Source: Blastococcus sp.
Lineage (GTDB): Bacteria; Actinomycetota; Actinomycetes; Mycobacteriales; Geodermatophilaceae
DNA length: 24,000 bases
NCBI GenBank assembly: GCA_025465355.1
Contig: JAODNN010000108.1
Span: forward strand, 11,546 to 35,545
Direction: 5' to 3'
The stretch's first letter is position 1. Each line of letters starts with the position of its first letter. Both the position numbers and the translations under genes were made by a program. This document shows, piece by piece, positions 18,083 through 24,000 of this stretch. The notes under the pieces were generated by a model that did not search any database, was not told where the DNA came from, and saw nothing but the letters and a program-made list of their open reading frames with translations.

Positions 18083-18135
18083 CGAGTGCGACGAACTCGT
18101 GGCCCTCAGGCCGTGATCGCCACGACTTCGTCGCA
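18083..18135 (+). repeat. 53-bp direct repeat, copy B
   Basis: CGAGTGCGACGAACTCGTGGCCCTCAGGCCGTGATCGCCACGACTTCGTCGCA. It starts 6 nt after the DUF559 gene stop and ends 85 nt before the purS start. Both differences from copy A fall in the predicted loop. Confidence 0.9.
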
Positions 18136-18220
18136 TTCGCCCGGTGTGGTCCCCTCCGGGAGACCAGGGTCACGGGGAGTGGGGACGGGCGTGCGCGGGC
18201 GTCCCGGTACCCTCGGCTGC

Positions 18221-18460
18221 GTGTCCCGGGTGGTCGTCGACGTGGTCCTCAAGCCGGAGATCTCCGACCCGCAGGGGCAGGCAGTGCTCGGCGCACTCGG
18301 CCGGCTCGGCCACGGCGGCGTGCGGAGCGTCCGCCAGGGCAAGCATTTCGTGCTCGAGGTCGACGGCACGCCTGACGAGGCCGAGCTCAAGCAGATCGCC
18401 GAGACGCTGCTGGCCAACCCCGTCATCGAGGACGTCGAGCTGCATCTCCCCACCGACTGA
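18221..18460 (+). CDS. purS: phosphoribosylformylglycinamidine synthase subunit PurS
   Basis: A 79-aa protein, (M)SRVVVDVVLKPEISDPQGQAVLGALGRLGH...LLANPVIEDVEL, matching PurS in length and sequence pattern. The track ORF start at 18086 lies inside repeat copy B and is rejected. Confidence 0.9.
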   Translation: MSRVVVDVVLKPEISDPQGQAVLGALGRLGHGGVRSVRQGKHFVLEVDGTPDEAELKQIAETLLANPVIEDVELHLPTD

Positions 18461-18472
18461 GAGAGACACCCC

Positions 18473-19144
18473 TTGCGCATCGGTGTGCTGACCTTTCCGG
18501 GCTCCCTGGACGATGTCGACGCCGCCCGCGCGGTACGGCTGGCCGGGGGTGAACCCGTCGCCCTGTGGCACGCCGACCACGATCTGAAGGACGTCGACGC
18601 CGTCGTCCTCCCGGGTGGCTTCTCCTACGGCGACTACCTGCGCGCCGGAGCGATCGCGGCCCGGGCGCCCCTGATGCAGGACGTCGTCGAGCGGGCCCGC
18701 CAGGGGATGCCGGTGCTGGGCATCTGCAACGGCTTCCAGGTGCTGTGCGAGGCCGGTCTGCTGCCGGGCGCGCTCACCCGCAACCGCCACCTGCACTTCC
18801 GTAACCGCGACCAGGTCCTGGTCGTCGAGCGGGCCGACACCGCCTGGACCGGGGACTACACCGACGGGCAGCGGATCGTGATCCCGGTGAAGAACGGCGA
18901 GGGCCGGTACGTCGGATCGCCGGCCGATCTGGACCGGCTCGAGGGGGAGGGGCGCGTCGTCTTCCGCTACGCCGACGGCAACCCCAACGGCTCGAGCCGC
19001 GACATCGCCGGCGTGACCAGTGAGAACGGCCGCGTCGTCGGTCTCATGCCGCATCCCGAGCACGCCGTCGAGGACCTCACCGGCCCGTCCACCGACGGGC
19101 TCGGCTTCTTCACCTCGGTTCTGAAGCAGGTAGTGACCGCGTGA
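18473..19144 (+). CDS. purQ: phosphoribosylformylglycinamidine synthase subunit PurQ (glutaminase)
   Basis: Starts (M)[19 protein letters not shown], with catalytic Cys in GICNGFQ and MPHPEH near the C-terminus. The apparent start is TTG at 18473, with GTG 18485 as an alternative. Confidence 0.93.
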   Translation: MRIGVLTFPGSLDDVDAARAVRLAGGEPVALWHADHDLKDVDAVVLPGGFSYGDYLRAGAIAARAPLMQDVVERARQGMPVLGICNGFQVLCEAGLLPGALTRNRHLHFRNRDQVLVVERADTAWTGDYTDGQRIVIPVKNGEGRYVGSPADLDRLEGEGRVVFRYADGNPNGSSRDIAGVTSENGRVVGLMPHPEHAVEDLTGPSTDGLGFFTSVLKQVVTA

Positions 19145-21429
19145 GCCAACTGGACACCGTCGAGATCGCCGCGAAGACGCCGGACGACGAGCAGCCCTGG
19201 GCCGAGCTCGGGCTGAAGGACGACGAGTACCTGCGCATCCGCGACATCCTCGGCCGCCGGCCCACCACGGCCGAGCTGGCGATGTACAGCGTCATGTGGA
19301 GCGAGCACTGCTCCTACAAGTCGTCCAAGGTGCACCTCCGGCAGTTCGGCGACCTCCCCAAGAGCGAGGCGCTGCTGGTCGGCATCGGCGAGAACGCGGG
19401 TGTCGTGGACGTCGGAGACGGCTACGCGGTCACCTTCAAGGTCGAGTCGCACAACCACCCGAGCTACGTCGAGCCGTACCAGGGTGCGGCCACCGGGGTC
19501 GGCGGCATCGTCCGCGACATCCTGACCATGGGCGCCCGCCCGGTCGCGGTCATGGACTCGCTCAGGTTCGGGCCGGCCGACGCCCTCGACACCGCCCGCG
19601 TGCTGCCCGGCGTCGTCGCCGGCGTCGGCGGCTACGGCAACTGCCTGGGCCTGCCCAACATCGGCGGTGAGCTGCTCTTCGACGCGACCTACGCCGGCAA
19701 CCCGCTGGTCAACGCACTGTGCGTCGGCGTCATGAAGCACGAGGACGTCCGGCTGGCCAAGGCCGAGGGCGTCGGCAACAAGGTCATCCTGTTCGGCGCC
19801 CGCACCGGCGGCGACGGCATCGGCGGCGTGAGCGTGCTGGCGAGCGAGACGTTCGACGACGAGGGCCCGGCCAAGCGGCCCAGCGTCCAGGTCGGCGACC
19901 CGTTCACCGAGAAGCTGCTGATCGAGGCGTGCCTGGAGATCTTCGGCCAGGACCTGGTCACCGGCATCCAGGACCTCGGCGGCGCCGGGCTGTCCTGCGC
20001 CACCTCCGAGCTGGCCAGCGCCGGCACCGGCGGCATGCACGTCGACCTGGACGCCGTCCCGCTGCGCGACAGCACGCTCACGCCGGCCGAGATCCTGATG
20101 AGCGAGTCGCAGGAGCGCATGTGCGCGATCGTCGAGCCCGCGAAGGTCGACGACTTCCTCGCCGTCTGCCGCAAGTGGGACGTGCTGGCGACCGTCATCG
20201 GTGAGGTGACCGAGGGAGACCGGCTCACGGTCGACTGGCACGGCGAGCGGATCATCGACGTCCCGCCGCGCACCGTCGCCCACGAGGGCCCGGTCTACGA
20301 GCGGCCGATGCAGCGCCCCGCCGATCTCGACGACCTGCAGGCCGACGACGCGGCGAACCTGCCCCGACCGCAGACCGGCGCCGAGCTCCAGGCCCAGTGG
20401 CTCGCCGTCCTCAGCAGCCCGGACGGCGCCGACAAGACCTGGGTCACCGAGCAGTACGACCGCTACGTGCGCGGCAACACGGTGCTCGCCCAGCCCGAGG
20501 ACGCCGGCGTCGTCCGCATCGACGAGGAGAGCAACCGCGGGATCGCGCTGGCGCTGGACGGCAACGCCCGTTTCGCCCGGCTCGACCCGTACGCCGGCGC
20601 CCAGCTGAACCTGGCCGAGGCCTACCGCAACGTCGCCGTCTCCGGGGCGACGCCCCTTGCCGTCACCAACTGCCTGAACTTCGGCTCCCCGGAGGAGCCG
20701 GAGGTGATGTGGCAGTTCGCCGAGGCCGTCCGCGGCCTCGCCGACGGGTGCCGGGAGCTGGGCCTGCCGGTCACCGGGGGCAACGTCAGCCTCTACAACC
20801 AGACCGGCGACGTGCCGATCAACCCGACGCCGGTCATCGGCGTGCTCGGCGTGCACGAGGACGTGCGGACGCGGATCCCCGGCGGCTGGCGGGCCGACGG
20901 CGAGACGGTGCTGCTGCTCGGCGAGACGCGCCCGGAGTTCGGCGGGTCCGCCTGGGCGAGCGTCGTGCACGGTCACCTCGGCGGCCGGCCGCCCCGGGTC
21001 GACCTGGCCGCCGAGCGCACGCTCGGTGAGCTGCTGGCCGCCCTGGGCCGGGACGGACTGGTCACCTCCGCGCACGACCTGGCCGACGGCGGCCTGGCCC
21101 AGACGGTGGCCGAGTCCGCCCTGCGCCACGGCGTCGGCGCCCGGCTGCGGCTGGACGGTGATCCGTTCACCGCGCTGTTCAGCGAATCGGCTGCGCGCGC
21201 CGTGGTCACGACGGCCGATGCCGCGGCGGTTCGCGCCGCCGCGGAGCAGGCCGGGGTGATGGTCACCGAGCTGGGGACGACGGGCGGCGACAGCCTGACC
21301 GTTGACGGGCTGCTCGAGTTGGGCCTCGCTGAGCTCCGGGCCGCCTGGACGGCGACCCTGCCGGCACTCTTCGGCTCCCCCGAGGTCGCCGTGGGCTCCG
21401 TCCCGGCGGGCGCCGTCCCGACGAGCTGA
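19141..21429 (+). CDS. purL: phosphoribosylformylglycinamidine synthase subunit PurL
   Basis: Contains [12 protein letters not shown] and [27 protein letters not shown]. Length is 762 aa. The GTG start overlaps the purQ stop (GTGA). Confidence 0.95.
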   Translation: MSQLDTVEIAAKTPDDEQPWAELGLKDDEYLRIRDILGRRPTTAELAMYSVMWSEHCSYKSSKVHLRQFGDLPKSEALLVGIGENAGVVDVGDGYAVTFKVESHNHPSYVEPYQGAATGVGGIVRDILTMGARPVAVMDSLRFGPADALDTARVLPGVVAGVGGYGNCLGLPNIGGELLFDATYAGNPLVNALCVGVMKHEDVRLAKAEGVGNKVILFGARTGGDGIGGVSVLASETFDDEGPAKRPSVQVGDPFTEKLLIEACLEIFGQDLVTGIQDLGGAGLSCATSELASAGTGGMHVDLDAVPLRDSTLTPAEILMSESQERMCAIVEPAKVDDFLAVCRKWDVLATVIGEVTEGDRLTVDWHGERIIDVPPRTVAHEGPVYERPMQRPADLDDLQADDAANLPRPQTGAELQAQWLAVLSSPDGADKTWVTEQYDRYVRGNTVLAQPEDAGVVRIDEESNRGIALALDGNARFARLDPYAGAQLNLAEAYRNVAVSGATPLAVTNCLNFGSPEEPEVMWQFAEAVRGLADGCRELGLPVTGGNVSLYNQTGDVPINPTPVIGVLGVHEDVRTRIPGGWRADGETVLLLGETRPEFGGSAWASVVHGHLGGRPPRVDLAAERTLGELLAALGRDGLVTSAHDLADGGLAQTVAESALRHGVGARLRLDGDPFTALFSESAARAVVTTADAAAVRAAAEQAGVMVTELGTTGGDSLTVDGLLELGLAELRAAWTATLPALFGSPEVAVGSVPAGAVPTS

Positions 21430-21818
21430 TGGCGGCGGTCGCGCCGATCTCCGCCGAGGCGCTGCGGGCCGCCGTCGACCCGGTACGGCCCTGGCTGGCA
21501 GGGGAGGCCGAGCAGCCGCCCAGAGCCGTGCTCGGCGCCGCCGTGAAGACGACCGCCCGTTGGTTGGCCCAGCAGGTGCCCGGCCGGTCGGTCGAACTGC
21601 GGGTGCCCCCGCACGTCGCCGTCCAGTGCGTGCCGGGACCACGGCACACCCGCGGCACCCCGCCGAACGTCGTGGAGACCGACGCCGCGACCTGGCTGAG
21701 ACTCGCGACCGGTGTCACCACGTGGGACGACGCCGTGGCCGACGGGAAGGTGAGCGCCAGCGGCAACCGCGCCGACCTCGGCCAGCACCTCCCGCTGCCC
21801 CCGCTCCGCCCCCGTTGA
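21429..21818 (+). CDS. small SCP2-like protein ('sterol carrier family protein' type), function unknown
   Basis: A 129-aa ORF whose ATG shares one base with the purL stop (TGATG). The segment [37 protein letters not shown]...[16 protein letters not shown] matches my recollection of the actinobacterial family found downstream of purL. Confidence 0.6.
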   Translation: MAAVAPISAEALRAAVDPVRPWLAGEAEQPPRAVLGAAVKTTARWLAQQVPGRSVELRVPPHVAVQCVPGPRHTRGTPPNVVETDAATWLRLATGVTTWDDAVADGKVSASGNRADLGQHLPLPPLRPR

Positions 21819-21882
21819 CCGTGACCCAGTGGGACAAATCCCCGAAAGAACTTGCGAGGAGTCCCGGACCTAGGCTGCCTGC

Positions 21883-22974
21883 ATGGCTCACGAGGTGAAG
21901 GGCGTCGTCGCCCGCAGCAAGGGTGCACCGGTCACCATCGAGACGATCCTCGTACCCGATCCCGGCCCGGGCGAGGCGGTCGTGGACGTCCAGGCCTGCG
22001 GGGTCTGCCACACCGACCTGCACTACCGCGAGGGCGGCATCAACGACGACTTCCCCTTCCTGCTCGGCCACGAGGCGGCGGGCGTCGTCTCCGCCGTCGG
22101 TGCGGGCGTCACGAACGTCGCGGTGGGCGACTACGTGATCCTCAACTGGCGCGCGGTCTGCGGAGAGTGCCGCGCCTGCCGCAGGGGCGAGCCCCAGTAC
22201 TGCTTCAACACCCACAACGCCGCGCAGAAGATGACCCTCGCCGACGGCACCGAGCTGACGGCCGCCCTGGGTATCGGCGCGTTCGTGGAGAAGACGCTGG
22301 TGCACTCCGGCCAGTGCACCAAGGTCAACCCCGCCGCGCCGCCGACGGCCGCGGGCCTGCTCGGGTGCGGGGTCATGGCCGGCGCCGGCGCCGCGATGAA
22401 CACCGGTGCGGTGCGCCGAGGCGAGAGCGTCGCGGTGTTCGGCTGCGGCGGTGTCGGGGACGCCGCGATCGCCGGGGCCAAGCTGGCCGGCGCGACGACG
22501 ATCATCGCCGTCGACCTCGAGGACCGGAAGTTGGAGTGGGCCAAGGGCTTCGGCGCCACGCACACGGTCAATCCGCGGGAGACCGACCCGGTCGAGGCGA
22601 TCAGGGCGATGACGGGAGGCTTCGGGGTCGACGTCGCCATCGACGCCGTGGGCCACCCGAAGGTGCTCGAGCAGGCTTTCTATGCCCGCGACCTCGCCGG
22701 CCGGGTCGTCATGGTCGGCGTCCCGACCCCGGACATGACGATCGAACTGCCGGCGATCGAGATCTTCGGCCGCGGAGGCGCGATCAAGTCCTCCTGGTAC
22801 GGCGACTGCCTGCCCAGCCGTGACTTCCCGGCCCTCATCGACCTCTACCTGCAGGGGCGCTTCCCGCTGGACGACTTCGTCAGCGAGACCATCGCGCTGG
22901 ACGAGGTGGAGGAGGCTTTCGAGAAGATGCAGAAGGGCGAGGTGCTCCGCTCGGTCGTGGTGTTCGAGAAGTGA
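21883..22974 (+). CDS. mscR: S-(hydroxymethyl)mycothiol dehydrogenase (class III Zn alcohol dehydrogenase, MscR-like)
   Basis: Catalytic Zn motif [15 protein letters not shown], structural Zn cysteines [15 protein letters not shown], and Rossmann motif [15 protein letters not shown]. It resembles the mycobacterial MscR (Rv2259) along its full length, as I recall that sequence. Confidence 0.88.
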   Translation: MAHEVKGVVARSKGAPVTIETILVPDPGPGEAVVDVQACGVCHTDLHYREGGINDDFPFLLGHEAAGVVSAVGAGVTNVAVGDYVILNWRAVCGECRACRRGEPQYCFNTHNAAQKMTLADGTELTAALGIGAFVEKTLVHSGQCTKVNPAAPPTAAGLLGCGVMAGAGAAMNTGAVRRGESVAVFGCGGVGDAAIAGAKLAGATTIIAVDLEDRKLEWAKGFGATHTVNPRETDPVEAIRAMTGGFGVDVAIDAVGHPKVLEQAFYARDLAGRVVMVGVPTPDMTIELPAIEIFGRGGAIKSSWYGDCLPSRDFPALIDLYLQGRFPLDDFVSETIALDEVEEAFEKMQKGEVLRSVVVFEK

Positions 22975-23579
22975 GCGCCCGGATCGACAAGGTCGTCGTC
23001 AGCGGCGTCTTCAGCCTGGACGGGCAGGATTTCGACGTCGACAACAACGTCTGGCTCGTCGGGGACGACGACGAGGTGCTGGTGATCGACGCTCCGCACG
23101 ATGCCGCCCCGATCGTCGAGGCGATCGGCGGCCGGACCGTGACGGCGATCGTCCTCACGCACGGCCACAACGACCACATCACCGCGGCGCCGGACCTGCG
23201 CGCGGCCACCGGGGCACCGATCTGGTTCCATCCGGCCGACCGGATGCTCTGGGACACGGTGCATCCCGGCGCCACGCCCGACCAGGACCTCGCCGACGGG
23301 TGCCGCTTCGACGTCGCCGGGACGACGCTGACAGCTCTGCACACCCCCGGCCACTCGCCCGGCAGCACCTGCCTCTACGCGGCAGACCTCGGCACGGTGT
23401 TCACCGGCGACACGCTCTTCCGCGGCGGGCCGGGCGCCACCGGGCGCTCCTACAGCGACAAGCCCACGCTCCTGGAGTCGATCCGGACGAGGCTGCTCAC
23501 CCTGCCCGGGGACACCGTGGTGCGGACCGGACACGGGGACGACACGACCATCGCCGCGGAGATGCCGAACATCTCCTAG
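22971..23579 (+). CDS. MBL-fold metallo-hydrolase (glyoxalase II-like; likely S-formylmycothiol hydrolase partner of MscR)
   Basis: HxHxDH motif (LTHGHNDH), then HTPGHSPGS and a distal H in GHGDDTT. GTG overlaps the mscR stop (GTGA). Mycobacteria have the same two-gene arrangement (Rv2259-Rv2260). Confidence 0.85.
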   Translation: MSARIDKVVVSGVFSLDGQDFDVDNNVWLVGDDDEVLVIDAPHDAAPIVEAIGGRTVTAIVLTHGHNDHITAAPDLRAATGAPIWFHPADRMLWDTVHPGATPDQDLADGCRFDVAGTTLTALHTPGHSPGSTCLYAADLGTVFTGDTLFRGGPGATGRSYSDKPTLLESIRTRLLTLPGDTVVRTGHGDDTTIAAEMPNIS

Positions 23580-23621
23580 CTGGCCGCGGGCGTGTCACAG
23601 GCAGGCCGGTACTCTCGGGAC

Positions 23622-24000
23622 GTGCCTCGCGGTGATGGACGGCTGACGCACGACCTCGACCCCTCGTCTCCCGGACCTCAGGACGCCTGTGGCGTCTTCG
23701 GAGTCTGGGCGCCGGGGGAGGAGGTCGCGAAGCTCACCTACTTCGGTCTCTATGCCCTTCAGCACCGCGGTCAGGAGGCGGCCGGCATCGCGGTGTCCGA
23801 CGGCGCATCCGTCGTCGTCTACAAGGACCTCGGGCTGGTGAGCCAGGTCTTCGACGAGGCCACCCTGGGCAGCCTCCGCGGCCATCTGGCGGTCGGGCAC
23901 ACCCGGTATTCCACGACCGGCGCCTCGACGTGGGAGAACGCCCAGCCGACGTTCCGCACGACGGAGGCCGGTACCGGCCTGGCGCTGTGTCACAACGGGA
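23622..24000 (+). CDS. purF: amidophosphoribosyltransferase, 5' part (continues beyond the window)
   Basis: My own translation of this frame gives ...GPQDACGVFGVWAPGEEVAKLTYFGLYALQHRGQEAAGIAVSDG...GHTRYSTTG...CHNG. This has the N-terminal nucleophile Cys after a short propeptide. The start could be GTG 23622 or GTG 23592. It is not listed in the ORF track because the frame runs off the window end. Confidence 0.9.
   Translation, partial: MPRGDGRLTHDLDPSSPGPQDACGVFGVWAPGEEVAKLTYFGLYALQHRGQEAAGIAVSDGASVVVYKDLGLVSQVFDEATLGSLRGHLAVGHTRYSTTGASTWENAQPTFRTTEAGTGLALCHNG

Larger units (their letters stand above)
17082..18135 (+). mobile_element. candidate single-gene insertion cassette (repeat - DUF559 gene - repeat) interrupting purC-purS
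   Basis: Direct repeats lie exactly 1001 bp apart, and one ORF fills the space between them (45 nt and 6 nt of flanking spacer). No transposase or integrase is present, so mobility is an inference. Confidence 0.35.

Noticed and set aside
18967-21642. 891-aa ORF on the minus strand opposite purQ/purL. Similar long antisense or out-of-frame ORFs occur elsewhere, for example 13419-14897 (+), 14765-15814 (-), 16150-17796 (-), 9886-12027 (+), 8804-9934 (-) and 4553-5575 (-).
   Set aside because: They overlap genes with unmistakable conserved motifs on the other strand or frame. Their translations are Arg/Pro/Gly/Ala-rich low-complexity strings typical of stop-codon-poor high-GC DNA, and none shows a recognisable domain.

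Overview
This is a very GC-rich segment (by eye above 70% G+C, with strong G/C preference at codon position 3). It looks like actinobacterial chromosome: it has a mycothiol-type class III alcohol dehydrogenase, DUF3151 next to fba, a purS-purQ-purL arrangement, and close resemblance to mycobacterial orthologues as I recall them. Most of the window is core metabolism. A dispersed de novo purine cluster (purA, purD, purB-purC, purS-purQ-purL, and the 5' end of purF) is interleaved with other genes: pyrE, class II fructose-bisphosphate aldolase, a 5'-truncated molybdopterin oxidoreductase, and a fasciclin-domain secreted protein. Also present are a CoA-disulfide-reductase-like flavoprotein followed by an MfpA/Qnr-like pentapeptide-repeat protein, a glycerophosphodiester phosphodiesterase, an AI-2E family transporter, and an mscR plus MBL-hydrolase pair. 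I saw no rRNA, tRNA, CRISPR array, transposase, integrase, or recognisable defence or biosynthetic-cluster genes, and I cannot honestly point to a convincing novel multi-gene system. The most unusual object is a ~1 kb single-gene cassette encoding a DUF559/Vsr-like endonuclease-fold protein, wedged between purC and purS. It is bounded by two 53-bp direct repeats (51/53 identical, exactly 1001 bp apart), and each repeat is an imperfect hairpin. Secondary oddities are listed here. (1) Twin 18-bp palindromes lie upstream of the flavoprotein gene. (2) An ABC permease/ATPase pair has no binding-protein gene, an ATPase with apparently degenerate signature and H-loop motifs, and a possibly degenerate lipid-kinase-like protein just upstream. 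(3) A 47-aa GPGG-motif membrane ORF is missing from the ORF track. (4) Two short tandem repeats sit in convergent intergenic gaps. (5) A 341-nt non-coding region lies upstream of purD. The many long ORFs antisense to recognised genes are treated as high-GC artefacts.
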